A stretch of 63,863 bases of DNA, filler included. It is 6 parts of 6 records of this genome, joined end to end, with 100 filler letters (N's around TTAATTAATTAA, not from the genome) between each part and the next. Parts side by side here need not be neighbours in the genome. Positions count along the whole stretch, not along the records: positions 1 to 24,080 come from DRR378314_1549; positions 24,181 to 40,029 come from DRR378314_1551; 4 more parts are not named here. One strand, written 5' to 3'. This document shows positions 20,934 to 33,100 of this stretch, piece by piece. How positions within the stretch are numbered: position 1 is the first letter of the stretch; each line of letters begins with the position of its first letter. The position numbers were made by a program, and so were the translations under genes. Under the pieces are notes generated by a model that worked only from the letters and a program-made list of their open reading frames with translations, ran no database searches and was not told the origin of the DNA.

Positions 20934-22570
20934 CTGATTCCAATACGAACGCCGTAGGCTCCAGGTTTGCGAAACTCAGCTACCTGATTGTCGACGATTT
21001 CGAGAACTTTCGGCTTTCCATGCGACAAATCTTGCGGAACTGTGGTGCCGATAAGATCGAGTCGGTTGCCAACGCATCCGCTGCAATCCAGTACTGTGCC
21101 TATAACCACGTTGACGTGGTGCTCTGCGACTACAACCTTGGTGAGGGCAAGAATGGCCAACATATACTGGAGGAACTCCGGCACAAAAAACTGTTGAAAC
21201 GCTCTTCGCTTTTTCTGATGGTAACCGCCGAAACCTCCAAGGAAATGGTGATGGGCGCCCGGGAATACCAGCCCGACGGCTACCTCACCAAACCCATCAA
21301 CCGCGCCATGCTTGAAAAGCGACTGGGTGGCCTTATTGCGCAACGCAACGCACTGCTTCCCATCAACCGGGAAATCGATCGGGAGAATTTCCCCGAAGCC
21401 ATCTCTCTCTGCCTGCAGACGCTGCCGTCGCAGCCCCGCTATAAAACCTGGCTGATGAAAACACTCGCCGACCTCTACTACCAGGTTGGAGACTTCAGCC
21501 ATGCCCTTAAAATCCACGACGACGTGCTGAGTCAGCGCGATCTCTCCTGGGCAAGGCTTGGTCGTGGGAAAATCCTGATCGCCAACCAGAACTACGACGA
21601 GGCGGCGGCCACCCTGAAAGAGTTGGTATCCAAGCATCCGGATTACATGGAAGCGTACGACCTTCTTGCCGAAGCTCTCGAAAAGCAGGGCCGCCCCACC
21701 CAGGCCCAGCAGATTCTTGAGAAGGCGGCCGAGCACTCTCCCAACGCCCTGTTAAGGCACAAACACCTGGCCATTCTTGCATCGGCCAATCAGGACATGC
21801 CGACAGCGTCCAGAGCCTGGCGGCAGACCGTCAGTCTCGGTACCTATTCGATACACGATAATTCCGAACATTATCTTGCATTGAGTCACTCGTTGTCTGA
21901 CCTCAGTGAAGGGGATACCTCCAACGACGGGGCCGCCCATGCGGACGAAGCTCTGACCATCCTCAGGCGTATGGAAAAGCGGTTTGCCGGCCAGGAGGAC
22001 ATCAAGCTGCGCAGCCGAATCGTCCAGTCCCGGGTTCATGCCGGCCAGGGCCGACTGAAGGAAGCCCAGAACGCAATAGACAGCATTGCGGATGACCTCA
22101 ACCCTGAGCTGATGGCTCCCGAGGCCTGCCTTGACTACGCCAAAACGCTATTCCGCCTGGGCCGGGAAAACGATGCCAAGGGCATACTCAATGCCCTTGC
22201 AACACGTTGCAGCGACAACCCGCCACTCTTGCAGAAAATCGAGAGTTTACTCGATGAGCCTGTGGGCTTCCGACAGAAACTTCAAGCCCGTTCACTGAAT
22301 CGTGACGGTATCAAGGCCTTCGAGGCAGGCAATCTCGATGATGCAGTTGCGACGTTTAACCGGGCGCTGGATATTGTCCCCTCCCACGCGGCTCTCAATT
22401 TAAACCTCGTACAGGTGCTGATGAAGCAATACCAGGATACGTCAGCTGATCGCGAGCTTTTGAAGCGCTGTGAAAAATGCCTGGAACAACTCGCGGATCT
22501 GCCAGAACAACACCGCCAACATCGACGCCTGATCTCTTTGCGTAAAAAATTGGAAGGAATGATGTCATGA
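20930..22570 (+). CDS. Response regulator with REC and TPR repeats
   Basis: REC with IVDD, CDYNL, VT and KP, followed by helical TPR-like repeats; ATGA overlap with the upstream kinase. Confidence 0.88.
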   Translation: MTDSNTNAVGSRFAKLSYLIVDDFENFRLSMRQILRNCGADKIESVANASAAIQYCAYNHVDVVLCDYNLGEGKNGQHILEELRHKKLLKRSSLFLMVTAETSKEMVMGAREYQPDGYLTKPINRAMLEKRLGGLIAQRNALLPINREIDRENFPEAISLCLQTLPSQPRYKTWLMKTLADLYYQVGDFSHALKIHDDVLSQRDLSWARLGRGKILIANQNYDEAAATLKELVSKHPDYMEAYDLLAEALEKQGRPTQAQQILEKAAEHSPNALLRHKHLAILASANQDMPTASRAWRQTVSLGTYSIHDNSEHYLALSHSLSDLSEGDTSNDGAAHADEALTILRRMEKRFAGQEDIKLRSRIVQSRVHAGQGRLKEAQNAIDSIADDLNPELMAPEACLDYAKTLFRLGRENDAKGILNALATRCSDNPPLLQKIESLLDEPVGFRQKLQARSLNRDGIKAFEAGNLDDAVATFNRALDIVPSHAALNLNLVQVLMKQYQDTSADRELLKRCEKCLEQLADLPEQHRQHRRLISLRKKLEGMMS

Positions 22571-23283
22571 CCACCAACGATCATGATGAGTTGCCCTACT
22601 CACGGGGCGCACCCAACATCGATTTCTCAATGGTGCTGGCGTCTGCCGTGCATGATATGAAAAATTCCCTGGGCATGTTACTGAACTCACTGGACGAACT
22701 TCGCCAGGAGCAGGGAGACACCATTGGGGAGTCACCGCGCTTCAATACCCTGCAGTACGAAGCAGAACGTATGCACAATGATTTGGTGCAATTACTCGGC
22801 ATTTACAGGCTTGGCGAAAACAATCTGTCCGCCCACGTCGAGGAACGTTTCGTTCCGGATTTCTTGGCCCAGCAAATGGCCCGCCATACACCCCTTCTTG
22901 AGGGCATGGGTATCAAACTGGCCATTGAATCCGAAGAGATCAACGGCTTCTTCGATGAGGACCTGCTTACCGGTGTGCTCAATAACACCATCAACAACGC
23001 CATTCGATATACCAAGAGCATGATAAAGCTGACGGCGGCGATGCAGGATGGATTTCTGGTCATTGGCGTGGAAGATGACGGCGATGGGTACCCGGAAAAC
23101 ATGCAACACAACGGCACGCCCAGCTTCAAATCCCTTAATTTTAATAGCGGAAGCACCAGCCTGGGGTTGTTCTTCGCATCATCGGTTGCCCAACTTCATA
23201 ATAATGGTGACCGCCACGGATTTATCAAGCTGCACAACGACGGCCGCCTGCGCGGTGGCGTATTCGAGATCTGGCTGCCATGA
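22567..23283 (+). CDS. Small soluble histidine kinase with no sensor domain
   Basis: H-box SAVHDMKNSL, N-box NNAIRY, EDDGDG and SLGLFF; ATGA overlap. Confidence 0.85.
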   Translation: MTTNDHDELPYSRGAPNIDFSMVLASAVHDMKNSLGMLLNSLDELRQEQGDTIGESPRFNTLQYEAERMHNDLVQLLGIYRLGENNLSAHVEERFVPDFLAQQMARHTPLLEGMGIKLAIESEEINGFFDEDLLTGVLNNTINNAIRYTKSMIKLTAAMQDGFLVIGVEDDGDGYPENMQHNGTPSFKSLNFNSGSTSLGLFFASSVAQLHNNGDRHGFIKLHNDGRLRGGVFEIWLP

Positions 23284-23316
23284 TGGAACACAGCCAATAC
23301 TTCAGGAAGGGAACCA

Positions 23317-24060
23317 ATGGCCCGAGGTCACGCATTAATCGTCGATGACTCATCGACGGCACGCATCATCCTGGCCCGCCTACTGGAACGCGCCGACCTG
23401 ACGACAAAAGGCGTCGCCAGCGCTGAGGAGGGCCTCGCACAGCTACGTGACCAGGCCTTCGATATGATTTTCCTGGATCACCTCTTGCCCGGCATGAACG
23501 GCTTGGAAGCCCTGGACGTCATCAAGGCCGACCCGAAGCTGAGACACGTTCCGGTTTTCATGTACACATCCCAGAGCGCGGAGCGTTACCGACAGGAGGC
23601 CAAGGCCCGTGGTGCCGCCGGCGTGATTGGAAAACAGGTCGACCGGGAACAACTCCTCACCACTATCGAAGCCATCCTGACCGATGCCCCTAGCTTGCCC
23701 AGCCTGTCACCGATTGAAAATAACACTGGCGAACTCATTGAACAAAGCTACACAAGGCGGCTGACAGGACGGCTCGCCACTCTTGAGATCGCCTACGAAG
23801 AAACCCACGACGAACTCAGGCACCTGCGCAGAAGTGTTGCCCTATTAGAAGCGATGCACCAGGAGGGCCTTGATAGACAGCGCAATCGTTTGAAATGGTT
23901 GGCGCTGGGCGGTATTGCCGGCCTGTCAGCGATTGTTCTGCTCTTTGGCCTCGAGGTCAGGGATCTGTCGATGGTCCTTGAAAGCTTGAACGCGCAACTG
24001 GCCGTTATACAGGAGATTGTAGGCAGCCTTGTCGACCTTGAGGAAGTAGACAGGCAATAA
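23317..24060 (+). CDS. Response regulator REC + coiled coil + C-terminal TM helix
   Basis: IVDDS, FLDHLLP, MYTS and GK; hydrophobic WLALGGIAGLSAIVLLFGL. Confidence 0.83.
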   Translation: MARGHALIVDDSSTARIILARLLERADLTTKGVASAEEGLAQLRDQAFDMIFLDHLLPGMNGLEALDVIKADPKLRHVPVFMYTSQSAERYRQEAKARGAAGVIGKQVDREQLLTTIEAILTDAPSLPSLSPIENNTGELIEQSYTRRLTGRLATLEIAYEETHDELRHLRRSVALLEAMHQEGLDRQRNRLKWLALGGIAGLSAIVLLFGLEVRDLSMVLESLNAQLAVIQEIVGSLVDLEEVDRQ

Positions 24061-24080
24061 AAAACCCCCGCCGGCGAAGC

Positions 24081-24180
24081 NNNNNNNNNNNNNNNNNNNN
24101 NNNNNNNNNNNNNNNNNNNNNNNNTTAATTAATTAANNNNNNNNNNNNNNNNNNNNNNNNNNNNNNNNNNNNNNNNNNNN
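24081..24180. other. Artificial contig spacer
   Basis: N-run + TTAATTAATTAA (stops in all six frames) + N-run, 100 nt. Confidence 0.99.
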
Positions 24181-24369
24181 CCACGGTCTGGCTGTGAGCG
24201 CCAATTGCGGACCAGTCGCTTGCTCTCTCCGTACGACTGCGCTTTCGCACGGCGCTCTCTTCAACGTGCTCTTCTGCTCCTGTTTTGTACGAGACAACAC
24301 ATTTCTAATGAATTATAGTTTTTGTCGCGGCCGTGTTCCGTTTTCAACCATGTCTACCCTGTCCTGCAG

Positions 24370-26234
24370 AAATGTAAAAATGGGACACGGAGGAACTTTG
24401 GACCCGCTTGCAGATGGAGTCCTTGTGGTCGGCCTCAACCGCGGCTGCAAGAGGCTGCAGAGCTACCTCCACGGTACCAAGGTGCGCAGCAGCGAGCGAT
24501 GTATCTTCTTCCACTTCCACTGTGATTTTCTGTGCTTTGTCAGGGAGGTAATTGCAGTGCTCTTGTTATGTGACTCCTTTGGAAGAGGAATGACAATTGG
24601 TGTGCTTCTCTATGCCGCTGCGGTTGTAGACCTACGTGGGAACTGGTCTGCTGGGCCAGGAGACCCTCACGCAGGACGCTGAAGGAGAAGTTGTTGCCGA
24701 AAGCTCGTATTCAAATATTACTCAGGTATGAACTTCTCACGTTGCAAGCGCAATGCAAGGCACAAAGTTGCGCGCTTGCTTGTGCCGTGCCTCCCCGTGG
24801 CAGAAAAGTTCGCTTCGGGGTGGCGGCACCCTATACGCTGCGCTCCTGCGTCGCATCTGACGCAAGACTGTGAGCGCGTGCTCCTTCCTCTCTTCCTCTC
24901 GCGCTCTGTTAGACGGATATCGAGGGAATATTACCGGGTTTTGAAGGTGAAATCGAGCAGGTATGTGCCGGTGTTCCGCCCCTCCCCCGCCCGCGCCGCT
25001 CCTTGGCACAGTTCCGCGTGTGGAAAGCGAAGCAAACATTATCGCGCGTCGCGCAAGCAGCGTGCCTCTGTCCGCGAACCTCGAGCACTTTCGGCTTACT
25101 GAAGACATTGGCTGCTACAGGGGTGGCGCTTTCTTCACTGGAGATGTCAGAAATAGCCATTTGCTTACAGTCGGGTTCTCTGTTGCGCTGAGCGTCTCAA
25201 CGAGTTCCGCATTGCAGCCATGAGCAACGCGGCCTCATCCAATTCTCCTCGCCTCTTCTGTGCCTTGTCTGATGACGCGCAGATTGCTCCGGCATTTTCC
25301 GCGTTGAAACACCGAGGCCGCCGATTGTGCGACCTCGCTCGCGAAGGCAAGCCCACGCCCCTTAAGAAACGAATGGTCTACATCACTTCGATTCGTTGCA
25401 CGAGGTTCGAGCCGCCGGAATTCGACATAGGTATGGCGCATGCAGTGTCAGCTCTTGGTTGGCGTGCTACTGGACGCGTTCTACGCCAGGCTTCCAACAG
25501 ATCTGGTGCGCAAAAATGAGACGAAGGAAAATGCGCCGCCGCTCACTTTGCAGAGGGATGGAAAGATGCCACTGTTCGTATATAGGATTTTGCGCAAATT
25601 CCTATCGATAGCGGCCCCGCCCCCAAGGAAAATGGATATTTGTAAACACGTGTTGTTGGTGCATCCCGTTGCCATTTGCGCGCAGAGGTCGAATGCGGAG
25701 GCGGGACGTACATCCGGACGATCATCAACGATATTGGCCGCCAGTTGGGCACGCATGCGCACTTGACGTCTCTGACTAGGACAAGACATGGTCCTTTTAC
25801 ACTTGATCGAGCCCTAATGCCGGTGTGTTAAATTCTTCCTCATGTTGTGAAGTCGACCTGGGCCGCTGCGAGTGCGCTGGGCGCCGGATCGCTTGCGGCA
25901 GCGGGCGGACTTCGTTCATGCAGCTCGTAGCCGACCCGCTGCCCGCCGTGTCGCTCCCCTCGTTTCAAGCGCCTGCCCGCGTCTGACGGCTTGGGCCACC
26001 CTTTCCATGCGAAAACACAAGGACTGACCTGACGCTCCTTTGCTTCTTCTTTGGCCGTTATGATTGCAGGAAGACTGGTCCGCGACGAATATCATGCGTG
26101 AAATCATGCTGAGTGGAGATGTTCGCGAAATGGAGCACATCTTCACTCCAGAGGAGGCGCAGGTGTTGCAGTTTTCGCCCATGGATGAAAGCCGCCGTTT
26201 CTTTGTATCATCGGCGGCCCCATTCGGCGCTTAG
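24370..26234 (+). CDS. TruB-family tRNA pseudouridine synthase, spliced, 5' partial
   Basis: GT-AG exons at about 24370-24481, 24630-24725, 24913-24960, 25283-25430, 25686-25822 and 26070-26234 join in frame. They give [33 protein letters not shown] and CGGGTYIR. Confidence 0.9.
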
Positions 26235-27018
26235 CCTAGCGCGCCAATTGATGCTGTATTCAAACTACATGTATTGTGTTCAATTCCCGCGGTCCGCATC
26301 GGAGCGGTGACGCAAGTCGCGGCTCTTCGCCACAATGCACTTTTTTTTTAAAAAAAAATTGGCGCATGATCAGTTCTTCTTGTTATTATTCTTTTCAGTG
26401 CAAAAGGGCGCTTAGTGTTCCCGCGAGTCCGCATAGTGCTTGCGCGCGTGGCGTTACCATGAACACACAACCTGCTGTGTACGGGCGTGGCAGAGAGTGC
26501 GTGCACACTCACACGGAAAAAGGAACCAACACAATGGATCGCGGCGCAAATCATTCATGTACACAGTAGCAGGGAGAAGCCACACGCGCGGCGCACAGGC
26601 ACGGGAGAGCGCAGGGCGTCTCAGCATAGCTCGGCAGTTTTCGCACTTCACGTGCACCCACGCACAGGAAAACTTCGACGGAAACTCTGGAATTTTCTAT
26701 GCATCTTGCTCTGCATCACACAGAAGACCGGAAACCATAATCACAGGTATATGAGCGGGATTTTGACATGAAAGCAACATAATCCTAGCACTGAGCAACG
26801 AAACGCGACGTTGCCCACCAAGTGCATCAGCACTCCGTCGTTCGCGCAACGGCCGAGTCTGCTAGTTGAACACGAAGCACTTCGCCCTTTGCTATTTCGC
26901 TCAAGTCGCAAAGATTACCAAGAATCGCCGATAGAACCGCTAATCTATACGCGGTCAAGCAAACCAACGCATTGCAAGAGTCGCAGTGGCGGCGCGCCCC
27001 TTGGGAGCACGAGCGTAC

Positions 27019-29307
27019 CTTCCTCGATGCGCATCGCATGGACAGCTCCTTTCCCGGCACCAGGGCCGCCATACTTCCCCTCGGCAAGCCGTTTGAACAT
27101 TGGAGAATGCTTCAAGATATCTGGAATGATGACAAACTTGATGCTAGCTCCTCTAATAAACGCATGCTGGAGCGAAGAGACCTGCAGGAGCACAGAAGCG
27201 AAACTTGTAAGCCTACCCACGCAGCCATGTGCGCACGGCGCCGTCTGCAGCTGCGCAGGCGCTCCTTCTGACGCGCGGGCTTGCAAGCACTGAGCACGAG
27301 CGGGAATGCGCCGGTATCCATTCTGTTCTTTGTAGCAATGCAATATTCAGAAGAGTCACAGCTCGAGCAGGGAACGCAAAGATACGATTGTATCCCCGGC
27401 ATACCTTGCCATCTCGGCCATTCATGGTCACGTTGCGCATCTTCATGTTCATCGAGTCCTCGGAGACGATGAGCTCGCCACGGTAAATCTGCAGAACGAT
27501 AGCAAAGTTGAAATCAAGCGCCAACGGTACGTCAAGTTTCAGGAAAGTATCGGTCCAGTCCCTTCCCACGGCACCACTCAACACAAACGGCGGTGCAATA
27601 CAGGGATAGCGTATGGCAGTGAGAACGACAAGTGCGCAGGAGACGGCTCCCGTCTGCAACCCAACAGTGTTGCGGCACTATCATCTCTATCGGCGCAGCC
27701 CGGAGTTGGCTGGAGAACGCATGTCTGGACATCGCGTACTGCATTTGATCATGCCCCTTGCGGTTGCTTGGCAGCGAGTGGCGCGGAATTGTCAGCGAGG
27801 ACATAACCTCTCAGAGTGCGAGAGGGGGGGGTGCTTGCAAAGGCAGCCACAGCGCGCACTTCGAACCGCTCCCGCTGAGACTTTGCACGCGCGCCCACCC
27901 GGCGCTTCCGACACAAAAACACTAACCAGAACACCAACTCGCAATTCCAGGAGCTACCTTTCCCGCGCAATCGACGGCTCCTACCGCCGCCGACCAAGTT
28001 CCAGCAGAAGTTTCCCTGGAAAGGACTGAAACCAATATTCTACATCACCTCGTTTTCGTCGCTGTGCAGATTACCCAGCAGAGGGAAGCACGGGAAAGCG
28101 CTTTTTTTGTGCATAGCCGGAAGCGATAGGTAGAGAGCGGCGTTGGATCCGCTGGCACAACCGCTGGCAGCAGGAACAGTGTTCCTCTACTTCTCCTCCC
28201 CACAAATGAAACGAACAGCACTGGGAAAGCAATTAGCGAGTAGGAAACCCATCATAGTTCGTAATCACTATCCTTGCAGCAGACGACGCGGAGCTTCCAA
28301 CTCTAAGTCAACGCGTAGTATTCCAGAAAGGACCCCAGGTTGCGCCGCGTCACCTCAGCACGAAGCTGTGGTGAGAGTGCGCCTTCCCACAGCAGGGATG
28401 CGTCTGCCGCCAGAACTCGCCGCCAGTGCGGCACACTCTTGGGTAAAAAATCAACAACAAGCGACGCCCACTGTCCAATCACCCACACCACATCAACTGT
28501 CAACGCCATCGATGGGTCGCGGCCAAACAACGCGGGGTTGCAGGGAATTAGAAGGAGCAACTCACGCTTGCGTGATGGCAGCCGCGCCGCCCGTAGCGCA
28601 CTTGCAAAGGCTGTGGCGAAAGCGAGAGCACTCCCTTCACACGCGCTCGCCTGCTGAACGGGCGCTAAATTGCCACAAATCCGCCCTCTCACAGCTCCAC
28701 GCAGGCGTGTTACTAAGAATAATATCTTGTCGTGCAAGATCTATCGGCAAAATATCTGGGTAAGCGGATGATGCAGCCTACGAAGCTGACCACACGCAGC
28801 CAGCGGCCCCTTTACAAGCCGGCGGCGGTCGCTCATTCCAACATCAAAACAACAACAGCAACAACGCGGCAAACATAAGCAGTCGAACATTATGCTTGCC
28901 AAACGGCACGACCTCTGCGCTCCCATCCTTGCACGTTGCCTCCCACAGCACCCCGCGTGCGATACGAAATAATGTCGAAAATCAAATGGCGACGTGGCTA
29001 TCCGGAGAAAGCATTTTCTTCCCGTCACAGCGGCCACGCAAAAGGCAGCGCGCGGCGAAGAGCTCGGAGCGCGAGCAAGAGCAACGAGTGTGGACGCAGC
29101 GTGGTATGGCCCCCTGTGGCCAGCCTGGCGCGCCACATTGCACTGCAGCGCTAACCAAACGCAAAGCACAGCGCCGGATCCATTTCCCATGCGCACCCAG
29201 ATGTGGCCTAGCTTCTTACTCACCTCTCCAGTCTTGAGTTCTACCGTGACTGTTTGACCTTCAGCTTCATGCAGAAGCCGCACGGGTACGCCGATCGTCT
29301 TCGACAT
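27019..29307 (-). CDS. SNRPD3: Small nuclear ribonucleoprotein SmD3, spliced (last exon not resolved)
   Basis: Exons 29307-29224 (MSKTIGVPVRLLHEAEGQTVTVELKTGE), 27488-27405 (IYRGEL...EDSMN) and 27181-27019 (FIRGASIKFVIIPDILKHSPMF). Confidence 0.92.
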
Positions 29308-30114
29308 GGCGGAGTGTGTGTAGAACGCGGAGTGCAACAGCGCCAGGCTGTCCTGCTCGAGGCAGGCAGGCTTGCTAAAAACGCTGGTATGAAATAAGGG
29401 TCCTCGCGAAGCTTCGAAATATTTCCCGCTCAGGAGCTTGACCCAGGTGAAAGACGCACACGCCGGAGTCGGCCGTAGCGAAGGGCTGAGCTCCAAGCGC
29501 AAAGACACGTCACGCGTTTCCGCGTTGCCTATCATGATGCAGCGAAATAAACTGATTTCAATTGTGGATTTAGATGCGTAGGAGTGAGAGGGCAATAAAA
29601 TGCGTGGAATTCTCGTGGGTACACGAAGCTCCCTCGCTGTCTCCTCGCGCAAAAGCGCGGCTTGAAGGCGAAGATCCTGCTGGGACCGTGACAGAGAGGT
29701 CACCTCCAATTATTCTCTAACCCTATCAAAAATATATTACAGTACTGGCAACATGATGCCGCCCGTTTCTTATAACGATTCTGAGGTAAGCTTTCCTCGT
29801 GGGTGCAGATTGCTAGGGGGAGGATGCATGTGAACACATTTCACCCAGCTAACATCGAAGACATACCATTGCACTGATGGTCTATTCCACTGTCTGATAT
29901 TATTTCCTACTGCAGCCGTGCTCCGCCCCCCCTTCTGTTTGCAAACATGCACGCGCAATGGTGTGGGAGGCAATCGTGCCCTACCCCGCGGGCCACCGCC
30001 CGTGTCGCGCGTGTTTCGTGCTAGCGACTGCATCGAATCGCACGTGCTGCACCTTTTCTCACGCAGTGCATCCTGCGACTCAGTCCGCACGCGCTACTGC
30101 TTCAGTTGCGAACG

Positions 30115-33100
30115 ATGAAGTGTCTTGCTTCTCTTACCGTTCTTGCCCTCGTCGTGCTCAGCGCATCTGCTTCTCCAGTGGTATGTTTCCGACTGTGACG
30201 GCGGGCTTTTGCTCAGAATCGCCACTGTTGGCGTGAGGTTCCGTGCTTGTTTGTTCTTCCTATCCACATTGGCAGGTGTGGCGTTGCGGTGTTACTTCCT
30301 GTCGCTGACGTGGGCCTACTGTGCTCTGTCGCCACCATGCGAACAACGGCGTGACGTCGGTGTGCTGCTGCACATGTTTTGGAAACTCGCTCGCCACGAT
30401 TTGCTCGCGCTCTTCATTGCAGTGTATGGATCCATGTTCGTTGTAGAGCTAGACGATGGCGCGCCCGAGTACAGAGCAGCGGCAACGGCTGGCAGTTAGG
30501 AAGGGTGGTCTATGGGCATTCGCGCGTCAGCGCTGACGCGCGGCGCTCGTTGACGGATGTTTAGCAGACGCGCACCGAGCGCGACGTAGGGGCCCAGTAG
30601 TCCTGCTGGCCTGGTGCTACTGCCTGCCAGCCTCGCCTCCTGCGCTTTGTTCCCTATCTTATTCGTAGGCTGTCCTGCAGTAGTGGGATAATTAGCGGTG
30701 CTTTACGAATGAGGAATCGTGCCTCGACGTTGGGAGGGTGAGAGATCTACCTGGAGGCTCCCGCAGGACGAAGGACCCAAGCGCGCTCCTTGCCGTGCAA
30801 TGCACCTGCAGGCTGGAGCGGATGCGTCATTTTGCACAGGCTTTGTGCACCAATACGCTTGACGCGACGCGTGCACGCGCGGCTACAGCCGCCTGTCGCG
30901 CCAAGCATGCTGGGCGCGCTTTTCTGCGCGCGTCTTCGCGAATAGTTGTGCCATATAAGCGTATGAACCTTTTATGAGATGTACAAGATCGCGTTACATT
31001 TGTTTGCAGATTATAGATTGAATTTCCTTGAAGTGACGTCGCGATGAGACGTGGTAGAGCGGAACTAGCTTCTTCCGCAAAGTAGTAAAGAGGCACTGCA
31101 GCGCTGTGTGGAGCACTTCAGCACTTCGCTGACCCTTGTAGGTGCACAGCGCTGTGCGCTCTCACAGGCAGAGCTCCGCTGTCCTCTGCGGCCGGCCGCC
31201 TTGCTGATCTACTGGAATGCGTGGCGCTGCGTATTGGTTACCTTGGTAGTTTCTCCCTAGTTTCAGCATGTTCGCTTTCTGTGAAGAGCACCTTTGCGTC
31301 GCTGCTTCGTGCTGTGGTCTTGGCGGCCTTTTGTAGCAGAGAAAAGCAAGGGCAGCGGACGGTGCCGGGCGCTGACACGAGGAATCTGTATCTTCTGCTG
31401 TTCCTCCGTCACTCTCGTTGCCCTGCCGCCGCTATCTCTCTCTCCCTCTCTGTTTGCGCTGTGGTATATCGCAGGCTCTCGATCCCGATACTTTTTTTGA
31501 TCATGTAGGCAAAGACAAGGGCGTCTTGGTGGAGTTCTTCGCCCCGTGGTGCGGGCACTGCAAACGCCTTGAGCCTGACTACAATCGCCTTGGCGAGGCT
31601 TTCAAGGGCAACGACAAGGCAGCGATCGCCACGGTGGACGCCGACCAGCACAAGTCTCTCGCCGGAAAGTTCGGTGTGACCGGTTTCCCGACGCTCAAAT
31701 TTTTCCCGGCCGGCAAAACCGAGGCTGCTGACGCGATCGATTACAGTGGCGCCCGCACTGCGGAGGCGCTTGCGGATTTCGTGAACCAGCAGGCTGGTTC
31801 GTCGGTGTACTTGCCCCGCCCGAAGGAGCACGTCACCACGCTGACGTCTGCAAACTTTGATGACATTGCGGCAAAGTACGTTTGCCGGCTTTCATGGAGC
31901 TGGACATACATATCCTGTATAATGTACACGCTGATTAGCTACGGTGGTTCTGCGCCAGTGGATATGGTTAGCGTGAGCGCTGCCGCTTACTCCGCGCGCC
32001 GGCTGCGTTGCGCCGTCTTTTTTGAATGGTGCGTGCAGCGCTGACAAGGACGTTCTCGTCGAGTTCTACGCTCCGTGGTGTGGCCACTGCAAGGCACTCG
32101 AGCCGAAGTACAATGAGGTGGCGAAAATCTACGAGACCGAGAACAACATTGTCATTGCCAAGGTGGACGCCACGGCTGACTCCGCGTTGGCCTCGAAGTA
32201 TGGCGTTACCGGTTACCCCACCATCAAATGGTACGCCCGCTCGCCAGCGCTCTCTGAGGGAAGCAGAACAGCCGGCGAATTGTATACACGTGCAGCGCGG
32301 ATGGTTGGCACCAGCGCACATCCACTGTGCCAGCATCACGCTGTTCCTTACGGAGAATTGGCTTCCGTTCGGTTGTTGAATGCGTTGCTGTGTGCAGGTT
32401 CGGCAAAGGCAGCGCGGAGCCGTCGGACTACAACAAGGGCCGTGAAGTCAAGGACTTTGTTGAGTTCATCAACGAAAAGACGGGCGCACAGCGTGACGAA
32501 AAGGGCAACCTGAACGCCAAGGTGCGGCGCAGCAGTCTGGCTTTGCGCGCGACGCGATCACCAAGTGCGCAGCGGTCCGTGGCCTTCTCTGGTCCGCAGC
32601 ACGCAGATTCTGAAGTTGACGTGCGCTGTGTTTCTCCCGCGTTTCTTCGCCTTGCTCTCTTCCCCGCCACTTTACGTCGCGCATCGTCAGGCTGGCCGCA
32701 CAAGCGAGCTGGACGACCTTGCCGATGAGTTCATGTCCAAGGAAGCCAGCCGCGATTCCATCAAGAGCAAGGCGGAGGAAGCAGCGTCAAAGTCGGAAGG
32801 CCGCTATGCCAAAGGATACAAGTACTACGCCAAGGTCATGGGCAAGGTTCTTGCCAAGGTGCGCGCGTACCATGCGTGCGGCCAGCTGCCCGAACAGGGG
32901 GTGTGAAAATTCGTACACCGCATGGTGTGAATTCGCTACTGCCACTTACATTGCAAATGAAATTGGTTTCCCCTCATTGTTGTATATTCGAGACCAAGGG
33001 AATATTCCTAATAATCTCTGTTGTGCCTCGATTGCGCGGGTTATCGTGCTGCAGGGTAAAGATTTTGTGAAGAAGGAGACGGAGCGCCTCCAGCGCATGA

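Noticed and set aside
24056-24080. A-run plus GC arm resembling a terminator of a convergent gene
   Set aside because: The second arm is cut off by the contig end, so it cannot be confirmed.
24125-24136. Recurring TTAATTAATTAA palindrome
   Set aside because: It is always centred in N-runs, so it is an assembly linker and not biological.
30276-30446. Cys-rich reading frame with an internal TGA that could splice to the signal-peptide exon at 30115-30180 (a possible secreted selenopeptide)
   Set aside because: The signal exon joins in phase to PDI exon 2 (…SPV|ALDPDTF), which otherwise lacks an N-terminus. The introns are TG-rich, so Cys-rich translations arise by chance, and I found no SECIS downstream.
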